Positions 18,501-27,924 of a DNA stretch of 64,000 nt are shown here, piece by piece. Position 1 is the stretch's first letter; the number at the start of each line of letters is the position of its first letter. The notes below the pieces were generated by a model that ran no database searches, had not been told where the DNA came from, and saw only the letters and a list, made by a program, of their open reading frames with translations. The position numbers and the translations under genes were made by a program. This DNA comes from Candidatus Lustribacter sp. (lineage in GTDB: Bacteria > Vulcanimicrobiota > Vulcanimicrobiia > Vulcanimicrobiales > Vulcanimicrobiaceae), in the NCBI GenBank assembly GCA_965277805.1, contig OZ255842.1, positions 5,440,001 to 5,504,000 on the forward strand, in the 5' to 3' direction.

Positions 18501-18744
18501 GATGGTGTTCGGTATGTTGCCCCTCTCGCTCGGTTTGGCCGAGGGCGCCGAGTTCCGTCAGTCGATGGGCACGGTATTGATCGGCGGCTTGCTCAGCTCG
18601 CTCATTCTTACGCTGTTCCTCGTACCGGTCGTGTACGCGTGGGTAGCGGGCGGGATCGAGAAGCGCGCAGACAAACGCGCGCTTGCTGCCGAGCATCGCG
18701 CCGGTGAGGAGCGCCTACTCGTGCCGCACACGAGTGGTGATTAA
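15583..18744 (+). CDS. RND efflux transporter permease (AcrB/AcrD/AcrF family)
   Basis: 1053 aa; YPGASP.E.E, GILVDDSIVV, KNGILLVD and RLRPIVMT motifs. Confidence 0.95.
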   Translation: MWLTRFSIQRPIIVAMLFIALAVYGIFSFFQIGRSLNPNVTFPIVVVSATYPGASPAEMERLVIKPIEDQIDGIDNLDQMSATAEEGLAAVIVQFKLDTNLDYAAIDVQRRVDTARVYMPTDLDPPLVDKSQGSSQSPILTLALSSRSMSATALSDLVANRIVSDIRHVPNVQSVDVSGESKREFHVLPDPLRLMGTGATIADIYQAINANNANVPGGRLEDSNAETDVSIHSDVVRASDMLAIPLNIPAALLASGFSPSAANGLRVGDVATTDDGYVEQRIISKFDGAPTIVLNVNRIITADEINSTKVLRDQLKTIEARYPTVHFEEVGAPADYTQKSLDGVLQSLVEGIVLTAVVLMLFLHAWRNALVVMIAIPVSLLTTFIVMKQMHFTLDIVSLMGVSLIIGILVDDSIVVLENITRHRDLGQTPFDAAITGRGEIGGAAVAITLVDVVVFLPIAFLSGIVGKYMVEFGVVVVVATLVSLLVSFTLTPMLAARWSVVKRSAAPPKSLEWFQNAFDRFNAWYRDRALPYALLHRWQTVGVCVALLVSALALPALGLVSSEFIPNSQTGSIETTLTYRAGTPITQTSAAVDRLANGIMQLQYVHATLSTVGVKPAGYGETTGGYVAKMTVELDKNHRNATNDVIKKIRTLGSLVPGGILTVAGEGNSEPIFYTLSGPEDQLQAGADKLAALIRSIPGTVDVHTGTESETNRLDINIDRAKCALLGVNPGTAATAARIAIGGAVATRVRTETGLVDVRVQLPAAYRNRLADVQKIQVRANDGVSLYRLSDLASFSFAPAPTKIERLDKQRIVRVSGGFDAGATTLGAVTQKIDAAVKAPDFFPEGVALRADGDSQFFAETFSSMGLAMLTSFALVYVLMVILYSSFLTPFVIMFSVPLALVGALYGLALTHQTLNLFSMIGIIMLFGLVAKNGILLVDYANTQRHRGLRVLEAMRTAAGIRLRPIVMTTASMVFGMLPLSLGLAEGAEFRQSMGTVLIGGLLSSLILTLFLVPVVYAWVAGGIEKRADKRALAAEHRAGEERLLVPHTSGD

Positions 18745-18787
18745 CGTAACTTTCATCATATTCGGCGCTTGTCTAGCGACAAAGGTC

Positions 18788-18812
18788 GTCTAAGTCTGGG
18801 AAATTCGGGTAC
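18788..18812 (+). promoter_or_regulatory. Putative SigB/SigF-type promoter
   Basis: GTCTAA-N13-GGGTAC, 35 nt before the GTG start, with GGAGG SD between. Confidence 0.5.
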
Positions 18813-18847
18813 AGAGCCCTCCGTACTTATCACCCGGAGGTCGCCCT

Positions 18848-19999
18848 GTGTTCTACCTTACCGAGTCCGCGCGAGCGGTGGCTGCGGCTGCCGGAGCGAT
18901 CGCCCTCTGCACGAGCATCGCGCTCGCGCAGAGCGACGTCTCCGTAACCCTCAACGGTTCACCGCTCAACCTTAGTCCCGCACCGCAGGAACGGGCCGGG
19001 CGGGTCTTCGTTCCGTTACGCGGTGTGTTCGAGCAACTCGGCGCCTCCGTCGTCTATCAAGACGGCACGATCAATGCGCAAGGCCGCGGCAACCGCTCGG
19101 TCAGCTTGCACATTGGTTCCACCCAGGCAATGGTCAACGGACAACCGCAGACGATGGACGTCGCACCATTCATCATCGGCGCGAGCACCTACGTTCCGCT
19201 GCGCTTCGTTTCGCAAGCGCTGGGCGCGAGCGTAAATTACGACGCGAGCAACCGGATCGTGGCACTGGCCAATGGCGGCCCGCAACAAGGTCCGCCGCAG
19301 GGCGCACCGCCGCCGCAAGCGATGCAGCCCCCGCCGCCGCAGGCGATGCAGCCCCCGCCGCCGCCGCAGCACAGCACCGTGGCTCTCGCCGCCGTTTTTC
19401 CGGGCCGCGGTGAATCCGTTCCCGCACGCCGTCCCACGATCGAGGCCAACTTCAACGAGCCGCGCGCGAACCCGAACTCGATCCGCATCGACATCGACGG
19501 GCTGAACGTCACCGACCAGTCGTCACGTTCGCCGCGCGGCGTCGTCTTCTCGCCGCCATCGGATCTGCAATCGGGCCCGCATCAGGTCCGCGTTTCCGGC
19601 ACCGACATGACGGGGGCGCCCTTCGAGGGCCGCTGGACGTTCAACTCGGGCACGAGCACCGTCGTGAACTCGATCACCGACGTACACCCGGGTGCCGACG
19701 CGAATGTGAAGGGTCAGTTCACGGTCTCGGGCCACACGCTGCCGGGCGCGCGCGTCGTCGTGCAAGTCGCGACGGTCAATCGCCCGTCGCCTGCCAACGT
19801 CCTCGGGCAACTCCTCGGTACCGGCACCGCCAGCGACAACGTGCGCAGTGAAGTGATCGCCGACGGTAACGGCAACTTTGCTGCCCCGATCACGATCCAA
19901 GCGCATCCCGGCCAGCCCATCACGCTCGTCGTCGATTCAACCGACGCGCAAACCAAATCGGCTGCTCCCCGCATCGTCCGTAACTTGACGGTCGAGTAG
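18848..19999 (+). CDS. Secreted copper-amine-oxidase N-terminal (stalk) domain protein with Ig-like C-terminal domains
   Basis: Signal peptide; GRVFVPLRGVFEQLGASV and TYVPLRFVSQALGA; Pro/Gln linker with a PPPPQAMQ tandem repeat. Confidence 0.85.
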   Translation: MFYLTESARAVAAAAGAIALCTSIALAQSDVSVTLNGSPLNLSPAPQERAGRVFVPLRGVFEQLGASVVYQDGTINAQGRGNRSVSLHIGSTQAMVNGQPQTMDVAPFIIGASTYVPLRFVSQALGASVNYDASNRIVALANGGPQQGPPQGAPPPQAMQPPPPQAMQPPPPPQHSTVALAAVFPGRGESVPARRPTIEANFNEPRANPNSIRIDIDGLNVTDQSSRSPRGVVFSPPSDLQSGPHQVRVSGTDMTGAPFEGRWTFNSGTSTVVNSITDVHPGADANVKGQFTVSGHTLPGARVVVQVATVNRPSPANVLGQLLGTGTASDNVRSEVIADGNGNFAAPITIQAHPGQPITLVVDSTDAQTKSAAPRIVRNLTVE

Positions 20000-20024
20000 C
20001 AGCGGAATCTTCGGAGGACTCATC

Positions 20025-20840
20025 TTGCCATACTTTACATCATACGCCCGCGCGCTGGGCGGGGCCATCGCGGCGTTCGCGCTGTGCAGCAGCATCGCAC
20101 TTGCGCAAAGCGACGTCTCGGTGACGCTCAACGGCGCGCCGCTCAATCTCAATCCCCCGCCGCAAGAACGTGCCGGACGCGTCTTCGTACCGCTGCGCGG
20201 CGTGTTCGAGCAACTCGGCGCATCAGTCGTGTACGATAACGGCACGATCAACGCGCAGAAGGGCCGCGAACGCTCGGTCAGCCTCCACGTCGGCTCGACG
20301 GCAGCAACGGTCGACGGTCAACCGCAAACGCTGGACGTCGCACCGTTCATCATCGGCGCCAGCACATACGTTCCGTTGCGCTTTGTCTCGCAAGCGCTCG
20401 GCGCGACCGTGAATTACGATGCGACCAATCGCGTCGTTGCGCTCGGCGAAGGCGGCCGGCCGATGGGCGGCCCGCCGATGGGAGGCCCGCCGCCGCGTTC
20501 GGAGCCGCCGCAAGCATTGCAGCCCCCGCCGCCCGATCACACCTCGCTCATCCTAAGCGCCGTGCGTCCGGGTCGTAATGAAGTCGTCGCCGCGCGCCGT
20601 CCGACGATCGAAGCCGACTTCGCCGACGGCCGCGTAAACCCGGACTCGCTGCGCATCACGCTCGACGGCGTGAACGTTACCGGTCAGTCGACGCGTTCGC
20701 CGCGCGGCATTGTCTACTCGCCGCCGTCCGATCTGCAGACCGGCCGGCATGAAGTCCACGTCAACGGAACCGACACCAACGGCACGCCGTTCGACGCGAA
20801 CTGGAGCTTTACGTCCGGCCGTACGGTCGGCGACCGCTAG
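20025..20840 (+). CDS. Shorter tandem paralog of the stalk-domain protein
   Basis: Near-identical stalk domain and first Ig-like domain; lacks the last domain; TTG start after GGAGG. Confidence 0.85.
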   Translation: MPYFTSYARALGGAIAAFALCSSIALAQSDVSVTLNGAPLNLNPPPQERAGRVFVPLRGVFEQLGASVVYDNGTINAQKGRERSVSLHVGSTAATVDGQPQTLDVAPFIIGASTYVPLRFVSQALGATVNYDATNRVVALGEGGRPMGGPPMGGPPPRSEPPQALQPPPPDHTSLILSAVRPGRNEVVAARRPTIEADFADGRVNPDSLRITLDGVNVTGQSTRSPRGIVYSPPSDLQTGRHEVHVNGTDTNGTPFDANWSFTSGRTVGDR

Positions 20841-20847
20841 GGCTCAA

Positions 20848-21534
20848 TCAAATCGTCCGCTCGATCCAGGCGATCGAGCGGGCGATGATCTCCGGCTGGC
20901 GTTCATCCCATAGTTGAAGGCCGGTCAGCGCCGTCCCGGGATAGGCCTCGCACTCGGCGGGGAAGACGGCCGTCGCCGCGAGGCTCATCGCGGCGGCGTT
21001 TCCGTTTGGATCGAGCGCTCCGTAGACCAAGTAGATCCCGCGCGGTGCGAACGCGCCCGGACCGGCAAAGCCGCGCGCCCGGTTTTCATCCGGGCTCACG
21101 CACACCACGCTCGCCGCACCCCAACCACGGGCAGCCGCCGCGTAGGCAAGATCGCCGCCGAGGCCGAGCCCGACGATCGCGCGTTTCGCGGGGTCGGCTT
21201 TGGGCTGACGCGCGGCAAATGCGAGCGCGGCCTTGAGGTCGAGCGGCCAACCGGCTTCCCAGGGAGTCTCCGGAGTGCCGGCCGGTTGCAGGGTGGTGCG
21301 CGCTTCTTGCCTTACGGATTCGCCGTGGCCCCGCAGATCGAACGACAGCACATTCCACCCGCGCGAGAGATAGAAGCGAACGTACTGATCCCACACACTG
21401 CGATCGGCGCTGCGATCGTGCACCAGCAGCAAGGAGACGGCTTCATCGTTGCGCGCTTCCCAGTAGGAACCGCGCAATTGGAAAGCGTCCTCGGCCAAAA
21501 ACATGACCGGTCGCATGCGCGAGCTCGCGTTCAT
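20848..21534 (-). CDS. Alpha/beta-hydrolase fold protein with degenerate catalytic motif
   Basis: FDLRGHGES is present; nucleophile elbow reads GLGLG. Start uncertain (21534 or 21546). Confidence 0.75.
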   Translation of the reverse strand: MNASSRMRPVMFLAEDAFQLRGSYWEARNDEAVSLLLVHDRSADRSVWDQYVRFYLSRGWNVLSFDLRGHGESVRQEARTTLQPAGTPETPWEAGWPLDLKAALAFAARQPKADPAKRAIVGLGLGGDLAYAAAARGWGAASVVCVSPDENRARGFAGPGAFAPRGIYLVYGALDPNGNAAAMSLAATAVFPAECEAYPGTALTGLQLWDERQPEIIARSIAWIERTI

Positions 21535-21566
21535 AGGAGCCGCCATTCCGTCGCATTTACAAAGGC

Positions 21567-22322
21567 GTGCGGCGCTTGTCCTCTCGCGTAGCACTAGTGA
21601 CCGGTGCAGCGTCCGGTCTCGGCGCGGGCGTCGCTCGCGCGCTGGCAGCGGCGGGCTATCGGATTGCATTTACTTTTCGTCCGGACGGCACGCCGCCGGA
21701 TGAGACTTCCAGAGCGATTGCCGAATACGATCCCGATGTGCTGGCCATCGCAAACGATCTCGGCAGCTTCGAGGCCGGCGCGGAATTGGTCGCTGCGGTG
21801 GAAACGCAACGCGGTCCGCTCGACATCGTCGTGCACTGCGTCGGACCGATCGTCGTGCGCTCGTTCGCGGCGTCGTCCGTCGCCGCCGACTACCGCGCAA
21901 TGATCGACGGCAACTTCGGTTCGGCCGTGTCGATCGCGGCGGCGGCGTTGCCGGGGATGCGCGCGCGGATGTTCGGCCGCCTCGTGTTCTTCGGCATGAA
22001 CGGCTCGCACGTGACGCAACCTGCGAAGCTGATGGCGCTCTACGGTGCGGCCAAGGCAGCCGTCGTCGCGTTCGCCCGCACGCTGGCGCTCGAAGAAGCG
22101 AAGAACGGGATCACCGTCAACGTGATCGAGCCCGGCGACATTCGCAACAAGACGGCCACGCGCGCGGAATCGCGCGCGATCGTGGCCGGTAATCCGACCG
22201 GTCACGCCGGCAGCTGGGAAGACGTCGCGGATGCGGTCTGTTTTGCCGTCGCCGACGAGGCCGGGTTTCTCAATGGCATGGTGCTGGGCGTAAACGGCGG
22301 CCTCGCGGATCCGCATGAGTAG
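21567..22322 (+). CDS. SDR-family oxidoreductase (FabG-like)
   Basis: TGAASGLG, YGAAK and GITVNVIEPG motifs. Confidence 0.9.
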   Translation: MRRLSSRVALVTGAASGLGAGVARALAAAGYRIAFTFRPDGTPPDETSRAIAEYDPDVLAIANDLGSFEAGAELVAAVETQRGPLDIVVHCVGPIVVRSFAASSVAADYRAMIDGNFGSAVSIAAAALPGMRARMFGRLVFFGMNGSHVTQPAKLMALYGAAKAAVVAFARTLALEEAKNGITVNVIEPGDIRNKTATRAESRAIVAGNPTGHAGSWEDVADAVCFAVADEAGFLNGMVLGVNGGLADPHE

Positions 22323-23892
22323 CGCGGTCGAATCCGCGCCGCGGGCGCACGTGCGCACCTGGGATCGCCTCGGCATCATCGCGTGGTCGATCGTCGCGAT
22401 CGTCACCGGAATGCGCGCCGCGGCGGCCTTCAGCGTGCCGATCACGGGCGACGAAGCCTATTACTGGGAGTGGTCGCGCCATCTCGCGCTCGGCTACAGC
22501 GATCATCCGCCCGGCGTTGCCTATACGATCTTCGCGTTCAGCTGGCTCGGGACGAACCCGTTCGCGGTGCGGATCGGCTTCATCGTTTGCGGCGTGATCG
22601 CGACGATCTTCGCCGCCAAGACCGCCACGCGGCTGGCGGGCGGCAATCCGCGCGCGGGCGTCGTCACCGCGCTCGCGATCACGTTGACGCCGTTGACGTC
22701 GGTCGCCTTCGGGTCGGCGTCGCCCGACGGTCCGTATCTGGCGGCGTGGGCCGCGACCTTGTATTGCGCCGTGCGCGCGTTCGGCTCGCACCTGCGGCGC
22801 GACTATATCTGGCTCGGGATTGCGCTCGGCGCCGTGCTGCTGACGCGCGCGCTCGCGGTGGCAATGGTCTTCGGCATCGTGATGTACGCGCTTACGCCGC
22901 GCCGGCGCCAGTACTGGCGCGAAGGTCTCTGGCTCTCGCTGCTCGTGGCGGGCGTGATGTGCGTGCCGTTCCTCGTGTGGAACTCCACTCACGGCTGGGC
23001 GACGATCGCGTTTGCGCTGGTGAGCCGGCACGCGCAGGCCTGGAAGTGGGACCGCCCGCTCGCGCTCTTCGCCGTGCAAACTGCCGCGTACTCGCCGGGC
23101 TTGTGGTTCGGTGCGCTACTGAGCATTTTCTACGTGCGCAACGCTTTCCTCAATTGGACGGCGGTACCGCTGTTCGTGTTGCTCACGCTGGTCGACTTTC
23201 ACGAACCGGTCGAGATCCATTGGGTGTTCGGCGCGTACCTCTCGCTCTGCGTCGCGCTCGGGATCGTATTCGTGCGGCTCGGCGCGCGTGCGCGCGTGAT
23301 CTGGGCCAGCATCGCGGCCGTGCCGGCGCTCATTCTCTTCCCGCTGATCTTCGTAGCCGCAATCGAACCGGGTTTCGTCTACAGCCAGTTCCTCCGCACG
23401 GGTTCGACGTTGCGCAACACCGGCGGCTTCGAAATCTTCACGGTGCCGTCGCTCGCGATCGACGTGCGCAACATCATGGAAGCGAATGACGCGACCGTCG
23501 TCACCGACGGTTACGGACTTTCATCGGCACTGGATTTCTACGGCGGCGTTCCGCCGGTGCTGATCGGCTACAATGCGGAAGGTCAGGAGGCGCTGCGGTG
23601 GTACGACGCCGACGCGCAGCCGCACCGCATCCTGTTCGTCGATAAGGAAGCGTTGTATCCGCGAGCCGGTCACCCCGAAGACAGAGGGCGGCCGGAGTTC
23701 GTGAAACAACTCGGACGGGCATGTACGCGCATCACGGCGGGGCCAACTCTCGGCTATGAGTTTCACGATTCGTCGGGACACACGGTGCCCGCGCGGCTGT
23801 ACTTCACGACGTGGTGCGAAGGACCGCGCCCGCATGCGTTGCGCATCTTGCAGTGGGACCCGCGTTACTCGCCGCCCGCCGGCCAATCGTAG
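22315..23892 (+). CDS. GT-C glycosyltransferase (ArnT/PMT, family 39-like)
   Basis: GDEAYYWEWSRHL...Y.DHPP motif; multiple TM segments; extracytoplasmic C-terminal domain. Confidence 0.88.
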   Translation: MSSAVESAPRAHVRTWDRLGIIAWSIVAIVTGMRAAAAFSVPITGDEAYYWEWSRHLALGYSDHPPGVAYTIFAFSWLGTNPFAVRIGFIVCGVIATIFAAKTATRLAGGNPRAGVVTALAITLTPLTSVAFGSASPDGPYLAAWAATLYCAVRAFGSHLRRDYIWLGIALGAVLLTRALAVAMVFGIVMYALTPRRRQYWREGLWLSLLVAGVMCVPFLVWNSTHGWATIAFALVSRHAQAWKWDRPLALFAVQTAAYSPGLWFGALLSIFYVRNAFLNWTAVPLFVLLTLVDFHEPVEIHWVFGAYLSLCVALGIVFVRLGARARVIWASIAAVPALILFPLIFVAAIEPGFVYSQFLRTGSTLRNTGGFEIFTVPSLAIDVRNIMEANDATVVTDGYGLSSALDFYGGVPPVLIGYNAEGQEALRWYDADAQPHRILFVDKEALYPRAGHPEDRGRPEFVKQLGRACTRITAGPTLGYEFHDSSGHTVPARLYFTTWCEGPRPHALRILQWDPRYSPPAGQS

Positions 23893-23901
23893 GCTAGGAA
23901 T

Positions 23902-26418
23902 TTGACCGAGCGCTTGCCCTTTGCGTTGCCGGGTGCGCGGCCGCATTACGGCCCCGATCGCACCGTGCGCGTGGAACATCTCGATCTGCACCTGCGGCCG
24001 GACTTGGCGGCGAAGACCCTGTACGGCGAAGTCACGACGCGCGTGCGCGCGATCGAAACGGGCGTGCGAACGCTGCGCTTGGACGCGGTCGACCTCACGA
24101 TCGACGCGGTGCGCGACGTGAACGGCGCGCCGCTCGCATTCACCGCAACGTCAAAAGATCTCACGATCGAACTGCCCTCGGCGCTTGCGGCGGATGAAGT
24201 CTTCTCGTTTGCGGTCGCTTATCGCGCGATCGAGCCGCGCCGCGGCTTATACTTTATCGACCGGCCGCGCCAGGCGTGGACGCAGAGCCAGGATACCGAT
24301 GCGCGCGCGTGGGTGCCGTGCTTCGATCACCCCTCGGAAAAGGCGACGACCGGCACGACGATCGTCGTCGAGCCGGGCCTCTTCGCGCTCGGCAACGGCG
24401 CGCTCGTTTCGCGCACGGAGACGGCGGACGGCGTGACGTTCCGTTACGAGCAGGCGATCCCGCACGCGTCGTATTTGCTCACGATGGTGGCGGGCAAGTT
24501 CAGCGAGATCGAACAGGCGCGCGCGCCGCTGCCGATCGCGTACTACGTGGAACCGGGCCGCGAAGCGGACGGCGAACGCTCGTTCGGCCGCACGCCCGAC
24601 ATGATCGATACCTTCGGATCGACGCTCGGCGTTCCGTATCCGTACGCGCGCTACTCGCAGATCGCCGTGGCCGATTTCATCTTCGGCGGCATGGAGAATA
24701 CCAGCGCCACGACCCAGACCGATCGCACGCTGCACGACGAACGGGCGCACTTGGATTTCTCGAGCGAGCCGCTAGTGGCGCACGAACTCGCGCACCAGTG
24801 GTTCGGCGATCTCGTTACGTGTCGCGACTGGTCGCAGGCGTGGCTCAACGAAGGCTTCGCGACGTATTTCGAAACGGTGTGGATGGAAGCGAGCCGCGGC
24901 TGGGATGAATACCAGCGCGACGTGTTCGAGATCGTCGGCCGCTATCTCGACGAAGACGGCGAACGCTACAGCCGCCCGATCGTCTGCAACGTTTACCGCG
25001 ATCCGATCGAACTGTTCGATCGGCATCTCTACGAAAAGGGCGCAGCCGTGCTGCACATGCTGCGCGGCGAGCTCGGCTGGGATCGCATGAAGCGCGCGCT
25101 GCGCACGTACATCGAGGAGAATGCGACGCGCAGCGTCGAGACGATCGATCTCGTGCGCGCGATCGAGCACAGCACCGGCCGTAACGTACGCGAGTTCTTC
25201 GCCCAATGGATCGATCGGGCCGGTCATCCCGAGCTGGAGATTCGCGCGTCGTGGGATAGCGAACGTGCGGCGCTGACGCTCGAGATCGAACAGAAACAGA
25301 CAATCGGCGAGCATCATCCGCCGTACGTGTTCGATTTGGATATCGGCCTGCTCGCGGCGCAGCCGGACGTCATCGCGCGCGATGCCGGCGACGGCCCGGC
25401 GGCCGGCGAGCAGCGGGTGCGCGTGCACGTCGAACGCGCGCTCGAGTCGTTCGTGATCCCCCTCGCTGCCAAGCCCGCGCTGATCCGCATCGATCCCGGC
25501 GCCTATCTGCTGTGCACGATGACCTATGCGCTCGGAACCGAGTGGAACGCGGCCGTGCTGCGCGGCGATCCGAGTCCGGTCGCGCGGATCCGCGCCGCCC
25601 GCGCGCTCGGAAAAGACGATGCGCGCAGCGCACAGACTGCGCTTGGCGCGGCGCTGCGCGACGAACCGTTCTGGGGCGTTGCGGTCGAAATCGCTGCAGT
25701 GCTCGGCCCCGTGCGTTCCGCGTCCGCGCGCGACGCGCTGCTCGCGGCGCTCGCGCACCCGCATCCGAAAGTCAGGCGCGCGGTTGCCGATGCGCTTGGA
25801 ACCTATCGCGAGGCCGAGGTTGCGACCGCGCTGTTGAACGTGCGTTCGGATGCGTCGTACTTCGTCATTGCCTCCGCGCTGACCGCGCTCGGGAAGACGC
25901 GCGATCCGCGCGCGTTCGATGCGCTCCTCGCTGCGCTTGGAGAGCCGTCGTGGAACGAAACGATCGCGGCCGGCGCCGTGCGCGGGCTAGCCGAGCTCGC
26001 CGATGCGCGCGCGCTCGAACCGCTGGTAGCCGCAACGCGCACCGATCGTCCCGAGCCGCTGCGCCGCGCCGCGGTCGGCGCGCTCGCGCGTTTGGGAACG
26101 CTGGTGGATCCGGTTCGCACCGCGGCGGCCGATGCGCTGGAGCGCGCGCTCGACGATCCGTCCTACCTCGTGCGGCTCTCCACCTATGCGGCGACCGAAA
26201 CGCTAGCCGATGCGCGTCTGCTTCCGGCGCTCGATCGCCTCGCAACGGCGGAAAGCGACGGGCGCTTGCGGCGCGACGCGGCCGAAGCGGCGATGCGCAT
26301 TCGCAGTGCCGCCAAAAAGCCGCCCGAGCTCGTGCGTTTGCGCGAGGAAGTCGATCGTTTGCGCGACGATCTCAACCGGTTGCGCGATCGCGACCAGCCC
26401 GCGACGCTGACGAAGTAG
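23902..26418 (+). CDS. pepN: M1 aminopeptidase with C-terminal HEAT repeats
   Basis: GGMEN, HELAHQW..WLNEG and YEKGA; HEAT-like repeats and a terminal coiled coil. Confidence 0.92.
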   Translation: MTERLPFALPGARPHYGPDRTVRVEHLDLHLRPDLAAKTLYGEVTTRVRAIETGVRTLRLDAVDLTIDAVRDVNGAPLAFTATSKDLTIELPSALAADEVFSFAVAYRAIEPRRGLYFIDRPRQAWTQSQDTDARAWVPCFDHPSEKATTGTTIVVEPGLFALGNGALVSRTETADGVTFRYEQAIPHASYLLTMVAGKFSEIEQARAPLPIAYYVEPGREADGERSFGRTPDMIDTFGSTLGVPYPYARYSQIAVADFIFGGMENTSATTQTDRTLHDERAHLDFSSEPLVAHELAHQWFGDLVTCRDWSQAWLNEGFATYFETVWMEASRGWDEYQRDVFEIVGRYLDEDGERYSRPIVCNVYRDPIELFDRHLYEKGAAVLHMLRGELGWDRMKRALRTYIEENATRSVETIDLVRAIEHSTGRNVREFFAQWIDRAGHPELEIRASWDSERAALTLEIEQKQTIGEHHPPYVFDLDIGLLAAQPDVIARDAGDGPAAGEQRVRVHVERALESFVIPLAAKPALIRIDPGAYLLCTMTYALGTEWNAAVLRGDPSPVARIRAARALGKDDARSAQTALGAALRDEPFWGVAVEIAAVLGPVRSASARDALLAALAHPHPKVRRAVADALGTYREAEVATALLNVRSDASYFVIASALTALGKTRDPRAFDALLAALGEPSWNETIAAGAVRGLAELADARALEPLVAATRTDRPEPLRRAAVGALARLGTLVDPVRTAAADALERALDDPSYLVRLSTYAATETLADARLLPALDRLATAESDGRLRRDAAEAAMRIRSAAKKPPELVRLREEVDRLRDDLNRLRDRDQPATLTK

Positions 26419-26419
26419 C

Positions 26420-27874
26420 ATGCGGACTGCGCGCGTTCTCATCGCGCTCGTGCTCGCACTCGCCACCGGCTGTGCGCGGCAATCGTCGGCCGCCGTGCCG
26501 CGTCCGGTGCAGTTTGTTGCCGCACCGAAAGCCCCGGCATGGAGCGCGGCTGCGTTGGCCCGCCTGCGGTCGCGACTGGCCGGTCCTCTCGGGCTCTCGG
26601 CGTTGGCGACGAGCGGCATCGCCATTCTCGATGCGCAAGGCCGCCCGCTGTTTCTGCGGCGCGAACGCACGGCCGCGATACCGGCATCGACGTTCAAATT
26701 GCTCGTTGCCGTCACCGCGCTGCTCACGCTCGGGCCCGACTACCGTTTCGAAACGAAACTCGAGGCGCTGGACGAACCGCACAGCGGCACGCTCGACGGC
26801 GACCTCTATCTCGTGGGCAGCGGCGATCCGTCGCTGACGTCGGATACGCTGCGCGGCGGCGTCGGGGTACTCGCCCGCGCCGGTCTCACCGACATCACCG
26901 GCGGCATCGTGGCCGACGCATCGCTCTTCGGCGGTCGCGAGATCAACCCGGCGTGGGATCCCGACGACCTGCAGTACGACTACGCGGCCGGCACGAGCGC
27001 GCTCTCGCTCGATGAGGGAACGGTCGAATTTCATCTCGTGCCGACGACCTCCGGCGCGCCCGCGCGCATCGAAGTCCGGCCGCCGAGCGACGCGGTGCAA
27101 GTTCGCGGCGGCGTGCTGACGGGCTATTCGAGTTCGCTTTCGATCGATCGCGCGCCCGACCGCAACGCCTTCACCTTTGACGGCAGTATCGCCGTGAACG
27201 CCGAGCAGTCGTTCTATCGCCCGGTGATCGATCAGCCGCATTACGTCGCCGGCGTCGCGCGCTCGATGTTGCGCGCGCGCAACATCACGGTCGAGGGCGG
27301 CTCGCACACTGGCGTCGCGCCGTCCGTCGCAACGGTCTTGTGGAAGCACGAGTCGGCGCCGCTGAAGACGCTGCTCAACCATATGCTCTTTGAATCGGAC
27401 AACCACTACGCCGAGCAGCTTTTGCGGGCCGTCGGTGCGCACGGCGGAACGGTCGGCACCGAGCACTCCGGGGCCATCGTCGAACGTGCGGTGTTCCAGC
27501 AGCTGGGTGCTCCGACCGAGGGCCTGCGGGTGGTGGACGGGAGCGGCCTCGCGCCGACGGACCGCGTCGCGCCGATCGATCTGGCGACGCTGCTCGCGCG
27601 TGCCACGCTCGTCGCGCCGGGTGAGGTCCTCTTCACCGATCTCCCCCGGGTGGGAATCGAGGGGACGGTCCGGCGGCACGACGTAACGACCGCGCTCGGC
27701 CGCGCGCGGGCCAAGAGCGGGCATATTAACGATGTCGACGCGCTCGCCGGGTACGTCGACACGCGCCACCACGGTCGCGTGGCTTTCGCCATCCTGGTCA
27801 ACGACCCGCGAGCCGACGACGACGGGGTCTACGACGGCATGGACGCCACATTGGACATCCTGGCGGGTTCGTAA
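26420..27874 (+). CDS. dacB: D-alanyl-D-alanine carboxypeptidase/endopeptidase (PBP4, S13)
   Basis: PASTFK (SxxK), GSGDP, SDN, DGSGL and KSG motifs. Confidence 0.92.
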   Translation: MRTARVLIALVLALATGCARQSSAAVPRPVQFVAAPKAPAWSAAALARLRSRLAGPLGLSALATSGIAILDAQGRPLFLRRERTAAIPASTFKLLVAVTALLTLGPDYRFETKLEALDEPHSGTLDGDLYLVGSGDPSLTSDTLRGGVGVLARAGLTDITGGIVADASLFGGREINPAWDPDDLQYDYAAGTSALSLDEGTVEFHLVPTTSGAPARIEVRPPSDAVQVRGGVLTGYSSSLSIDRAPDRNAFTFDGSIAVNAEQSFYRPVIDQPHYVAGVARSMLRARNITVEGGSHTGVAPSVATVLWKHESAPLKTLLNHMLFESDNHYAEQLLRAVGAHGGTVGTEHSGAIVERAVFQQLGAPTEGLRVVDGSGLAPTDRVAPIDLATLLARATLVAPGEVLFTDLPRVGIEGTVRRHDVTTALGRARAKSGHINDVDALAGYVDTRHHGRVAFAILVNDPRADDDGVYDGMDATLDILAGS

Positions 27875-27924
27875 TCGGCCGAATCCAAAGAGGGCGGCCC
27901 CGTAGGGATCGGAAAACGGGTCTC

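Noticed and set aside
13802-20480. CRISPR array or diversity-generating retroelement suggested by the duplicated segments
   Set aside because: The repeats are protein-coding duplications with mostly synonymous differences; no spacer periodicity, cas or reverse transcriptase genes.
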